IMG/VR virus record: IMGVR_UViG_3300028886_000004
Coordinates: 1-64,000 of that record
Origin: a virus
Taxonomy: Duplodnaviria > Caudoviricetes
Reading direction: 5' to 3' (one strand)
Length of the DNA: 64,000 nucleotides
The position numbers and the translations under genes are program-made. The notes under the pieces are model-generated. The model saw only the letters and a list, made by a program, of their open reading frames with translations, was not told the origin of the DNA and ran no database searches. Below are positions 38,158-47,141 of this stretch, one piece after another; the stretch's first letter is position 1, and every line of letters begins with the position of its first letter.

Positions 38158-39693
38158 ATGGGAATCAAACTTATCAAGAAAACAAACGAGGCTGCCTACA
38201 CGGCGGTCAAGAATCCGAAGCAGGCCGCTTTCATCATTGATTGCGGTTCCCCGGAAAAGGCAAAGGAATTGAACGATGCCTTCTCGGTCTTAGCCGAAAA
38301 GGTGTTGGACCGCGATGACAAGGAAGCGGGAGACGCAATCGGGCGAAACGTTATTATGTTTTATGATGTCGGCCCCTTCTTCACCGCCTGCGTCGATCCT
38401 TGTGACAAGGCAGCCGCGTGGTGTGAAGAATGGCTCCGCAATTCCGGCGGCGCAGCACCTGCTATTCAGGGCAATTCCGCCGGGCTGGAAAGCAAGGCAA
38501 ACGAGGATGACGTAGGCGCCCGCCTCCGTGACATTCTCAACGGCAATGACGTTTGGTCCGAAGTGAGCGGCGGCGATAACGATTCGCTCGTGGACAACAT
38601 CCTTGACGGCGATTGGATTGGCTTGATGTGCGGACCGAACAGTGACGACGCTGCCGATTGGGATGCCTACATCAAGGACACCTTCGGTTCCTTCAAGCAG
38701 TATGTTGAAGCCGAATGGTTCTCCCCGGATGAAAATGACCCGAACTTCAAAACTGTCCACATCAAGTTCAAGCCGCGTTTCGCCCTTGGCGATAAGGAAA
38801 CGCAGACCAGCGTTCTCAGCCAGCTCGGCGACAAGATCGCGGATGGCTACTTCGCTATGGCGGAAAAGCGCCACGAGGCGCTGTCCCCGAAAATGCAGAA
38901 GCGTCTTAAATTGAAGGCGTGGCAGGACAACTCTGTGAAAATGAAAGGCTTCGATGAAGCCGGTTACTCGTTCCTCGATTTGTATGAGGACGGCAAGTGC
39001 GACACAATCGCCGTCCCTACCAAGGGCTATCAAACCGAAAAGGAAGCGCTCGACGCCGCAAAGAAAATCTTTGACGACTTTGACGAATACTTCGAAGTGA
39101 CCGCCCACTTCGATGAAGAAGGCGGACCGGATGGCGAAGCCGTGTGGTTCCCTGCCTACGGATTGAAGAAGACCTTTGTGGACCTCCCGGAAGGCGAAGG
39201 GCTGGAAGTTCTCTCGGAACTCTCCGATGTCCTCTATCGCCTGTATACAAAGGGCGAGTCCGCAAGCGAAGACCGCCGTGGCACGGACCGCTACGGACAC
39301 CACGTCAAGCGCTTCACTACAAAGGACCTGAAGGGCTTGGATGGCGATGGCGACGCGGCTGGCGACAATGGTGGCAACGGCGCCGATGCGGGAACGGGAG
39401 CGGATGACAAGTTTGGTCTTGCCTATATGGACACGACTTCGATTTCCGCGTTCTCCAACAACTTCAGCACCAGCGAGCGCGACAACTTCCTGCACGACCT
39501 CGCCCAAATGCCGGTGTCCAAGAAATCGATTGAGGACCTGCTCCGCAAGCACAAGCTCCACAAATACGGGCGTGAGGTTGGAGTCCGCGACTTCTTCCCG
39601 GACAACGGAATCGCCTACCTCGGAACATATGGCGATGACGGCCTCCCGTATAAGTCGCTGTACCTCAAGTGGGGTCCGGCGCTGAAGAAATAA
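38158..39693 (+). CDS. IKLIKK-leader polyprotein-like protein 7
   Basis: MGIKLIKKTNE; junctions KANE, KRHE, SASE. Confidence 0.82.
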   Translation: MGIKLIKKTNEAAYTAVKNPKQAAFIIDCGSPEKAKELNDAFSVLAEKVLDRDDKEAGDAIGRNVIMFYDVGPFFTACVDPCDKAAAWCEEWLRNSGGAAPAIQGNSAGLESKANEDDVGARLRDILNGNDVWSEVSGGDNDSLVDNILDGDWIGLMCGPNSDDAADWDAYIKDTFGSFKQYVEAEWFSPDENDPNFKTVHIKFKPRFALGDKETQTSVLSQLGDKIADGYFAMAEKRHEALSPKMQKRLKLKAWQDNSVKMKGFDEAGYSFLDLYEDGKCDTIAVPTKGYQTEKEALDAAKKIFDDFDEYFEVTAHFDEEGGPDGEAVWFPAYGLKKTFVDLPEGEGLEVLSELSDVLYRLYTKGESASEDRRGTDRYGHHVKRFTTKDLKGLDGDGDAAGDNGGNGADAGTGADDKFGLAYMDTTSISAFSNNFSTSERDNFLHDLAQMPVSKKSIEDLLRKHKLHKYGREVGVRDFFPDNGIAYLGTYGDDGLPYKSLYLKWGPALKK

Positions 39694-39718
39694 AAGTTCC
39701 TATCACTCAAATGGAGTA

Positions 39719-39747
39719 GGGCTCGCCAGCAATGGCGGGCCCTTTTT
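39719..39747 (+). terminator. rho-independent terminator
   Basis: GGGCTCGCCA..TGGCGGGCCC followed by TTTTT. Confidence 0.8.
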
Positions 39748-39750
39748 GTA

Positions 39751-39840
39751 AATGGCGCATAAATGCGTTTTACGGCGCTAAAATATGAAAGGCAGGTATT
39801 TGCCTGCCTTTTTATTTTCATGCGCTTATAGGCGCGTTTA
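39751..39840. repeat. dispersed palindromic element, near-identical to 5301-5377
   Basis: AGGCAGGTATTTGCCTGCCT plus ATGCGCTTATAGGCGC. Confidence 0.8.
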
Positions 39841-41862
39841 CGGCGCAGGGATTGCTATACCAGCCAGGGCGAGGTAGCGCTTCGCATTTGTACGGGCGTT
39901 CAATTCCTGCTCCGCTATCTTTCGCATAGCCGCACCATCTTCCGGCTTATACTTTAACAATTCCGCAACAAGCGCCCGAACAGTGTTGATTGGCGGGAGA
40001 CCACGCCCCGTAAAATTCGCGCGTGCGCAAGTATGCCAATTCTCGGCGGTGATATAGCCGCATCCGGTATACGGATTCAATTTGCGATTGTCCCAAGATA
40101 TACACGCTCTCCCGCACGCCATACCATCGTAAAGGGAGCGCCCGATTCCTACAACAATGTCCGCATCGTTTATCAAGTCTTCAACGTGCCACACGCGCTG
40201 CCCCACTTCTTTGGGGACGCTTTTGAAGGTCCAGCCTAATTCCTTGCAGGCGGCCTTCAACATAGAATCATCGCCTTGACAGATGGACAATACTCGCGGG
40301 CAAAGGGCTGCCGGGCGAGCAGGCCCACGCAGTGGGGACTTAGAGGCATAGCGCTCCAAATCTTCGCCGTTGCGCATAAGGATCGTTTCATAACCGCGTG
40401 CTTTCAAAAAGTCCTGAATCTCTTCGGATATGGACACATACGCCTTGGCGCCTTTAATTGGAAATTCTAGTGAGGTCCACTTGCTGTGGCAAGTTTGAAC
40501 AACGGGGCATTTACCGATGAATTCTTTTCCGGATTGCTGGTTCGCAAAGCAGGCCGCAAGCGGGGTGCCCCACTTGTACGGCTGAGCGCCTATTTCCTTG
40601 AGATACTTTTCGGTCACGCCGTTCCCGTCCATATCCGGCGCGTAGTAATAAACGGTATACCCTAAATCGATAAATGCCTTGCTCATTGCCCAATTAAAGG
40701 TATCGGTCCCGCCAATAAATTTATATGTCCCATTCGCAACACAAATATTGCGGCAATTAGGATCGTGAATGATTTGATGCCCTTTAACAATGGCAGCGGG
40801 ACCTTTGCAATATTCTGCATACATTGCCGGGTATATCTTATAAAGGTCGGAATACATCCCGACGGAATTGGTGCTGACATCCCCTAGCGCTGCTATTTTA
40901 CTCTTATCAAATAACATAGTCAGCATCCCTTCAACCATATAACGCATACTTTCGGTTTTATTGCGGGCGCTGGCTAATTTCAAATCAATGGCTGCCTTGC
41001 GCGATAAAAGGGCGCTCCCCTTATACGCTTGGAACGAGCCGGAGGCGTGATACGGGTGGACATTCCATCCAAGTCGGCGTGTCCAGTCCGGGTTTGCGTG
41101 GAGCAACCCGCATACCGCTGGCTTCGCTTCTGTTGGGGCAATAGTGAACAGTGCCCTATACATCAAATAGGACCAAAACGTTATTCCCTTAAAATTCCCG
41201 TAATCATAAAATACAGAAGACTTATTGCGCGTGCTTCCCGGCTTATGGCTGGTCCCTTTGAAATGCAAATAATACATGTCCGCGTCCGCCTTGGCGGCGC
41301 CTAGAAATTCATTGTAGGTGCCCCACTCCCAAGTATCGGAATTGACAACCCCTTTGATGTCCAGCCTTGCTTTCCCGCGACCAAGCGCCGTCTTCAATGC
41401 GTTGGACACATATGCAGGCACCTTGCCGTCGCCTGCTACGCGGATGTGAATTTCATCAAAGAAGTCCGCCGCGTCAAATGCCCACAGCATATTGAGGTGG
41501 AAAATTTCGATCGGCTGGAGTTCTCCGCCGCATGTCATCCAATGGATAAACGCAATGCGTTTGCCTTTCCAATGGGGCGCACATACATTTGATTTTGCAT
41601 AAACGGGGACGCCCCAAAGTTGAAGCAGGCTCTGTGTCTCCGCCGACGGCGTGTTGGCTTTTTCCGCCAAGTCCTTACGCTTAGACAGGGACTTGTCCAC
41701 CTTGTATTCAACGCCCGGTATTCCCGCAAGCCTGCCGTGGACAAAGCCTTCGGAGTGAAGGACAACTACCTTCTCCTTCTTCGCAAGCGCCCGCATTATC
41801 TTCGCCTGATTGAGCTGGATAACCGTTTCCGGCTCATACGCGTGGTCTACAATCTTAACCAT
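39838..41862 (-). CDS. multi-domain glycosyltransferase (YxHxKG-type domain + C-terminal GT-B/GT4-like domain)
   Basis: MYYLHFKGTSH; GGTDTF, ADIVVGIGRSLYDGMACGR. Confidence 0.8.
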   Translation of the reverse strand: MVKIVDHAYEPETVIQLNQAKIMRALAKKEKVVVLHSEGFVHGRLAGIPGVEYKVDKSLSKRKDLAEKANTPSAETQSLLQLWGVPVYAKSNVCAPHWKGKRIAFIHWMTCGGELQPIEIFHLNMLWAFDAADFFDEIHIRVAGDGKVPAYVSNALKTALGRGKARLDIKGVVNSDTWEWGTYNEFLGAAKADADMYYLHFKGTSHKPGSTRNKSSVFYDYGNFKGITFWSYLMYRALFTIAPTEAKPAVCGLLHANPDWTRRLGWNVHPYHASGSFQAYKGSALLSRKAAIDLKLASARNKTESMRYMVEGMLTMLFDKSKIAALGDVSTNSVGMYSDLYKIYPAMYAEYCKGPAAIVKGHQIIHDPNCRNICVANGTYKFIGGTDTFNWAMSKAFIDLGYTVYYYAPDMDGNGVTEKYLKEIGAQPYKWGTPLAACFANQQSGKEFIGKCPVVQTCHSKWTSLEFPIKGAKAYVSISEEIQDFLKARGYETILMRNGEDLERYASKSPLRGPARPAALCPRVLSICQGDDSMLKAACKELGWTFKSVPKEVGQRVWHVEDLINDADIVVGIGRSLYDGMACGRACISWDNRKLNPYTGCGYITAENWHTCARANFTGRGLPPINTVRALVAELLKYKPEDGAAMRKIAEQELNARTNAKRYLALAGIAIPAP

Positions 41863-42046
41863 TCAAATGTTTCCTGAAAATTTGAAGAAGCGCCCTTACC
41901 GGGTGCTTCCACTTGGTTTCCTCTATAAGCCGCCGCGTCATCTCACGCCGCCTGCCTGCCTTGAAATGGGATGGATGCATCGGATGACCCTCCCATTTCG
42001 CAATATCAAAATACTGCGGCCACAGCCCTTTGGGCACGCCTATCAT
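41855..42046 (-). CDS. hypothetical protein
   Basis: coupled small ORF. Confidence 0.55.
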   Translation of the reverse strand: MIGVPKGLWPQYFDIAKWEGHPMHPSHFKAGRRREMTRRLIEETKWKHPVRALLQIFRKHLNG

Positions 42047-42183
42047 TCGTCCCACTCCACCTTGCTAAGGTCAAAGCGGCGCTCCCGCTTGATCGCTTCC
42101 AGCTTCTTCTTCCCGTATGCCTGCTTCGCAAATGCCTTCGCAGCCTTGCCCCAGTCCTTTTTCTCAAATTCCTTTGTGTCCAT
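42043..42183 (-). CDS. small basic hypothetical protein (MDTKEFEKK...)
   Basis: GAGG RBS, ATGA coupling; below the ORF-track size cut-off. Confidence 0.55.
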   Translation of the reverse strand: MDTKEFEKKDWGKAAKAFAKQAYGKKKLEAIKRERRFDLSKVEWDE

Positions 42184-42185
42184 CT

Positions 42186-42407
42186 TTATACCTCATAGTC
42201 GTAGCGGACATTGTATTCCGGGTGCGCCGCCTGATACTTCTCCTTCATGCGGCATAAGCCCAAGCGCGAAAGCAGCCACACAAAAGGCGCAAACAGCCCG
42301 GTCTCAATTTCAACCGTTATCTTCGGCTTCGGTATCGCCGCCAGCTTTTCGTCCAGCGCCTTTTTCTCGGCCTCGCTCAATTCCGAATATGTCCGTTTCT
42401 TGCCCAT
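42186..42407 (-). CDS. hypothetical protein
   Basis: AGGAG RBS. Confidence 0.6.
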   Translation of the reverse strand: MGKKRTYSELSEAEKKALDEKLAAIPKPKITVEIETGLFAPFVWLLSRLGLCRMKEKYQAAHPEYNVRYDYEV

Positions 42408-42455
42408 TTGCCTGCTCCTAAAAATTTCGCGCATAAACGCACCTCTAAGGCGATT

Positions 42456-43244
42456 TTAACACCCGCCTTCACATTTACACTCCGTTTCATTTAAATCGCC
42501 TTTAAGCGCCGTTTCTTGCGCAGCATTCGCCTTCTCCGCCTGCTTCTTCTCCTCAAAGGTCAAAATCGCCTTCGATATCATCACAGCCGCATCCCAATCC
42601 GTGTCCGGGATGGCGCCGGGACCGAACTTCGCTATCGCGTCCACAAATGCCCTGTACTCAAAATTCGTGTCGCTAGGATCCGGGCAGTGGACACTCCTTA
42701 TGAGCAGGCGCCCAAAGTCCAAAACGTCCTCGTTCCGCTCATATTCGATTTTGGCTGCCTTGACCTCGTCCAATAAGCGGACCTGCTCCGCCAGCGCCTT
42801 CTTCAGGTCCTTCACCATCGCCGCGTAAACATTGAAGCGCTCCTTCTTCGAAACCATCTCCAATGCCGCCGGGTTGCTGCATACCTTCTCCACCCCATCT
42901 ATGAGCGCCGCAGTGTATGCCCATATCGCGTTACGGACAACCTCGAAGCCTTCCCCGTTCTTGAATGCAACACAGCGCAAAAACAACGCCGACCGCATCC
43001 AGTCCTGAGTAAACAGTCCCTTCCGCTGATTCAACTCGTGGAGACCTACACGGATCTCGTTTACCGCCTCCGTTAAGTTGTCCCCGTCCTTGTAGATTAA
43101 AGGTCCTTTGATTTTTCGCGGCTTCTCAATGCCCCAAGCCTTCAGGAATCCCCGCTGGAGATTGAAGTCAATGTATGCACGCTCCGCCGTGGTAGGCGGC
43201 TTGACATAAAAGGGATTAACCTTCCGTTTCTTTCTTCTTGTCAC
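42456..43244 (-). CDS. hypothetical alpha-helical protein
   Basis: 262 aa ORF. Confidence 0.75.
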   Translation of the reverse strand: MTRRKKRKVNPFYVKPPTTAERAYIDFNLQRGFLKAWGIEKPRKIKGPLIYKDGDNLTEAVNEIRVGLHELNQRKGLFTQDWMRSALFLRCVAFKNGEGFEVVRNAIWAYTAALIDGVEKVCSNPAALEMVSKKERFNVYAAMVKDLKKALAEQVRLLDEVKAAKIEYERNEDVLDFGRLLIRSVHCPDPSDTNFEYRAFVDAIAKFGPGAIPDTDWDAAVMISKAILTFEEKKQAEKANAAQETALKGDLNETECKCEGGC

Positions 43245-43605
43245 GGCGCAAAACCTCGTCCCTTAAAGCATCAGCCTTCTCTTCATCATATATCGGCGTC
43301 GAGTCCGCCTGAACCGGCACCTTCGAGATATTCACATCGTAGCCACTTAATGTTCTCAAAAAGTCCTGGCGCATCCGGAAACTGTCCCGGAGAAATGCAG
43401 TATACGCCATCAGCTCGTTGCGCGTCATTTTCGATGGATCAAACATCTTGTCCATCGCCAGCTCCACCTCGTCCAGCCTCTTGGACATGCGGTCCATAGA
43501 TTGAACGGTGCGGTCAATCATATTCACCATCGTCGTATTGACGCGCTGGCGCACCTCTTCCAATCCATCTTGCGTATACAGCAGCACTGGTTTACTTTCA
43601 CTCAT
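43216..43605 (-). CDS. hypothetical helical protein (possible terminase small subunit, weak)
   Basis: leaderless TATATT-N7-ATG; coiled-coil pattern; next to repeat-rich non-coding region. Confidence 0.6.
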   Translation of the reverse strand: MSESKPVLLYTQDGLEEVRQRVNTTMVNMIDRTVQSMDRMSKRLDEVELAMDKMFDPSKMTRNELMAYTAFLRDSFRMRQDFLRTLSGYDVNISKVPVQADSTPIYDEEKADALRDEVLRRDKKKETEG

Positions 43606-43624
43606 ATACCATAATATACGTTCT

Positions 43625-43995
43625 TTTTCCCTTTCGGACAACTTGTTACCTGTCCGTTATACGCAAGGTAGCGGTCCTCCGTCCATATAAAGTATTCGTC
43701 CGCCATACCCTACAAAGTAATATGTCCATCGTGCCAAAGTTGTCCGACGGACAGTCTCCTAATACATAGACTTGGTCCATCGGTATATTGGTATGGAGTA
43801 ATACGGAGTGGACAAAAACGGACATTTTGCTTCAGAAAAATTTGCGTTTTTTGTTAAATTTCAAAGATTTTGGGGGACAAGGGACAGTCTCCTAATTAAA
43901 GGGACAGATGGACCGGTTTTTTGCGTAAAACGGACAACTTGGTAGAAAAATGGACCGGTCCCTTCTTTTGCGGAACCGGTCCATTTGTCTAGGCG
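43625..43995. repeat. iteron-rich non-coding region, putative replication origin
   Basis: many GGAC/GTCC cores; direct repeats GGACAGTCTCCTAAT (43749, 43882), CGGACAACTTG (43635, 43931), ATGGACCGGT (43908, 43950, inverted near 43975); AT-rich tract at about 43830-43872. Confidence 0.6.
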
Positions 43996-44006
43996 TCAGG
44001 CGAAGA

Positions 44007-45128
44007 TCACTGCCCAAACTCCTTCCGTTTTCGATAGTAGTAAGGCTTCGAAATTGCGCCTGCCTCCCATAGCCTCTCCAGGTCGGTCAATGTCTCTATG
44101 ACCATTTTCGGCTTGCGCCCCGGCTTGTTCTTCCGTCCCCGTAGAAGCTGCTTCATCCGCCGCCGTTCCTTCGCGGTCTCATTGTGGCGGACATATATTT
44201 CCTTCTTCCGGGAACTGGTCAGCCCATCCCAATACGCCGGCCCCACCTTCCCCGTGCGGGGCGAGTATGCCACCAACGGCGGCGCCTTGAATCTGCTGTA
44301 GGCCGCATATAGATTCCCCCGGATAACCTCCGTCACCTCCTCCATCGGGACGCCTAATCGCATTATCTCCCTTTCTACCGCACGGACACAATCCTTGAAT
44401 TCAAATCGATTCGAGTTTAGTCCCCATCGTGTTTCCGTTGTCGTTTCGAAGAAGTTATACCACGCAAATGCGGCGGGGATGATTTTCTTCCAAATGAAGG
44501 CATAGCGTTCGCCTTTGTCAATTTTCCCCTTCCAAAAGTATTCGGCGGATGGCAGCATAACCTTCGTGTCTATCCCAAACAATTCCTTGGCGTCATAGCG
44601 GGATAGCGGCATCGGAATACGCATAGGGCCTAGTCCCTCTATATCCACCTTGCGATATGAGCCGGACATTCCCGGATCCGGGCGCCCGAAGGTCATTTGC
44701 CTTGGGGAGTCCATACAATGATCGTAGGCGATGGCGCCTAGCCCCGCCTCGATGGAGAATTGCATGAATGCGTTGCCGTATGCCTGCGCATACTCCCCAT
44801 AGGAGTATTCCTTTGAAAGGTTGTAGAAAATCTTTCTCCGGTTTTCCTTTCCGGGGACGGACAATACCGCCGATGGACTTTTTGCCACAAATGCATTGTC
44901 CGCACTATATTGGTCCAGCTTTGCGGCGTCCTCGGCGGACAATTCATCCAAATCAAAAACGACGGCATCGATAGGGGAATCGGGCATAAGGCGGAATGAT
45001 ACCCCGGACACATAGAGGTCGTATAGGGCCTTGGCGCCTTTCAATTCGACCGTGCCGGAACCGCGCCGATGCAGAATCGCCGCGTTCGCCTTGCCTCTAA
45101 ATCTGTATGGAAAAATTTCAAGTCTCAT
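44007..45128 (-). CDS. putative primase-polymerase/Rep-like origin-binding protein
   Basis: VVFDLDE, KSPS, RKIFY, DHCMDSPRQ (AEP-like order), KGERY, C-terminal HTH-like ISKPYYYR. Confidence 0.55.
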   Translation of the reverse strand: MRLEIFPYRFRGKANAAILHRRGSGTVELKGAKALYDLYVSGVSFRLMPDSPIDAVVFDLDELSAEDAAKLDQYSADNAFVAKSPSAVLSVPGKENRRKIFYNLSKEYSYGEYAQAYGNAFMQFSIEAGLGAIAYDHCMDSPRQMTFGRPDPGMSGSYRKVDIEGLGPMRIPMPLSRYDAKELFGIDTKVMLPSAEYFWKGKIDKGERYAFIWKKIIPAAFAWYNFFETTTETRWGLNSNRFEFKDCVRAVEREIMRLGVPMEEVTEVIRGNLYAAYSRFKAPPLVAYSPRTGKVGPAYWDGLTSSRKKEIYVRHNETAKERRRMKQLLRGRKNKPGRKPKMVIETLTDLERLWEAGAISKPYYYRKRKEFGQ

Positions 45129-45221
45129 TTCTAAGCGACCAAAAATATACGGATGGACAAAAGTTAAAGATGTCCCGTATAAGATAGTATCATTCACCTG
45201 TAATATGGCATAGGTAACAAA

Positions 45222-45464
45222 ATGAGAATAGAAGACGCGATGAAGCAGGACTTCGGCAAGATGACGCCGCAGCAACGTTCCCATTTAAGGAAGCGCATTC
45301 TTGCCGCCGGGCTCCCGGTGCCCCCGGAACTGGACCTGAAAAGGGGACAATCCGTAATTCCGGCAGTCGACTCAAAACCGGACAATAAGCCTTGGAAGTG
45401 CACGGTGGTGGCGGATGGCAGGGAAACTGTTTACACGATCGGAGGCGACAATGTTGAGGCCTAG
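45222..45464 (+). CDS. hypothetical protein
   Basis: first gene of + strand small-gene array. Confidence 0.65.
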   Translation: MRIEDAMKQDFGKMTPQQRSHLRKRILAAGLPVPPELDLKRGQSVIPAVDSKPDNKPWKCTVVADGRETVYTIGGDNVEA

Positions 45465-45816
45465 CAGGAAGCGCCCGCCCCGCAAGACGAAGATGTATGC
45501 GGAGGCAATAAGCATGAAGGAAAATATGAAGGGGACAGCGATCCTCGTAAACGGCAGGCGCATCAAGGCGGTTGACGGGGTATGGTATTTGGAAGGTCAT
45601 TGGATGATTGTGTGGGACGCGAACAGGGAACCCTACCTGAGGAAAGTGGTCTGCGTCCTCCCCAAGAACCTCGAAGTGATGTTCCCGGTATATGCGTTTA
45701 ACGAAACAGGTTCGTCGGCACATTGCTGCTGGCTTCACGCCGGCGAGATTCCGAAGGGACTGGATGTCAGCGGAATCGACGGGTGGTATGAAATGAAAAA
45801 GGATTTGAAACTATGA
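45451..45816 (+). CDS. hypothetical protein
   Basis: GGAGG RBS. Confidence 0.7.
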   Translation: MLRPSRKRPPRKTKMYAEAISMKENMKGTAILVNGRRIKAVDGVWYLEGHWMIVWDANREPYLRKVVCVLPKNLEVMFPVYAFNETGSSAHCCWLHAGEIPKGLDVSGIDGWYEMKKDLKL

Positions 45817-46175
45817 AGCTCGAAATCAAATATGGCGAATTGGAACTCGCATGCGGAATGGAATTGCAGGCCCACCCCAAGGGAACGCTTGTCCGCCGCT
45901 TTCATGTGGAATCGCACGATCCTGCCAGCCCGGAGGTTGGCTATTCGATCGGGGTCGGCGTTTACTTCCATCCGGACGGCAAGCGCTTTTTCCTTTTGCT
46001 GGAGGATGGGCTTGCGGACCGAATGCTGTGCTTCTCGTCGATGGCGCTGACGTTGATTGCGGGCTTCACCAAGTGGCTTTCGGACCACAAGGAAAAGGTC
46101 TATCCCACGCGGGAAGATTGGCTGCGCAAGCCGGAAACGTTCCCTAATTTTTTGGAGGCATCTAAAAATGCGTAA
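45813..46175 (+). CDS. hypothetical protein
   Basis: ATGA coupling. Confidence 0.7.
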   Translation: MKLEIKYGELELACGMELQAHPKGTLVRRFHVESHDPASPEVGYSIGVGVYFHPDGKRFFLLLEDGLADRMLCFSSMALTLIAGFTKWLSDHKEKVYPTREDWLRKPETFPNFLEASKNA

Positions 46176-46323
46176 GATTGTTGATTTCATTCAGTGGGCC
46201 GGTTTGGCCATCGTCAATGTCATTTCGTGGCCTATTGAAAAGGCCGCCGACATTTTAAGCCGTTGGCTGCTGGAGGACGAGGAAGAGGATGACGGGGACA
46301 ACTGGCCGTTTGGAGGATACTAA
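46168..46323 (+). CDS. small hypothetical protein
   Basis: GGAGG RBS. Confidence 0.65.
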   Translation: MRKIVDFIQWAGLAIVNVISWPIEKAADILSRWLLEDEEEDDGDNWPFGGY

Positions 46324-46569
46324 ATGGCGGAGTATCATGTCGGTTGCGGCTTGGCCGGAATTTATGCCGGAACGATATTGAAGCCCGGGGTATGGAAGAG
46401 CAAGAGCCCGGTGACCGAGGAGGCGCTCCGTGCGGCTGCCGAATATATGATGGGCAAGATCGAGAAGGACCACGAGGCCTATGAAATCAGCTGGACCAAC
46501 CGGACAACGGGAAAGAAGATTGTGCTCACCTGCCAGGTCATCGAACCGCCCAAGAAGGAGGCAAAATGA
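46324..46569 (+). CDS. hypothetical phage protein
   Basis: YHVGCGLAGIYAG; GGAGG RBS. Confidence 0.75.
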   Translation: MAEYHVGCGLAGIYAGTILKPGVWKSKSPVTEEALRAAAEYMMGKIEKDHEAYEISWTNRTTGKKIVLTCQVIEPPKKEAK

Positions 46570-46739
46570 ATTGCCACAAGCTCGAACGTAAGGCATTCCG
46601 CGATGAGTGCCGGGACATCGAACGCCGCATTCGGGAAGCAACCGGTCCGCTGAAGGACCATTTGAAAAAGCACTTGGCCGCGTTCAAGCGTTATCGCGGC
46701 CGCATCCCCGTCTCGATGGACGGATTCGTAGGAGGCTAG
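46566..46739 (+). CDS. small hypothetical protein
   Basis: AAGGAGG RBS, ATGA coupling. Confidence 0.65.
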   Translation: MNCHKLERKAFRDECRDIERRIREATGPLKDHLKKHLAAFKRYRGRIPVSMDGFVGG

Positions 46740-46741
46740 TT

Positions 46742-47140
46742 ATGGGGCTCTTTGATGGCATCTTCTCCCGGAACCAATACAAGCAGGATCTTGCGCAGTG
46801 GATTGTGGACCACAACAATCGTGCCTACCTTGGCATAGGTCCGTTGTCCACCCATAGCGTGGACTACTACTATTTTGATTGCACCGTGGGGGAGCTGGAA
46901 GGAAAGAAAGATCATATGGAGGAGATGCACCGGAAGTATGAATACGACAAGGCGCATCCGGAACCGAAGATCGGGGACACCTACACCGTTTACATTTGCG
47001 GCCGCCAGGTGGACACCTTGAGAAATGTCACCAACGTTTCGTATAATGATAGAGGTGTCTTTTTCACTATAACGTCGAAGGAAGGGAAAGTGTCCCTGAA
47101 GGAATACTTCGGCGGGAACATTAACTGGAGGAAAGGCTAG
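46742..47140 (+). CDS. hypothetical protein
   Basis: AGGAGG RBS. Confidence 0.7.
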   Translation: MGLFDGIFSRNQYKQDLAQWIVDHNNRAYLGIGPLSTHSVDYYYFDCTVGELEGKKDHMEEMHRKYEYDKAHPEPKIGDTYTVYICGRQVDTLRNVTNVSYNDRGVFFTITSKEGKVSLKEYFGGNINWRKG

Positions 47141-47141
47141 T

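Noticed and set aside
791-39561. Long minus-strand ORFs (e.g. 791-1990, 3270-4589, 27004-28707, 32323-34743, 36469-37791, 38290-39561)
   Set aside because: Antisense shadows of motif-bearing plus-strand genes caused by codon bias; no RBS or recognisable motifs
43625-43995. CRISPR-like array
   Set aside because: Repeats are short, irregularly spaced and in both orientations; they fit iterons better
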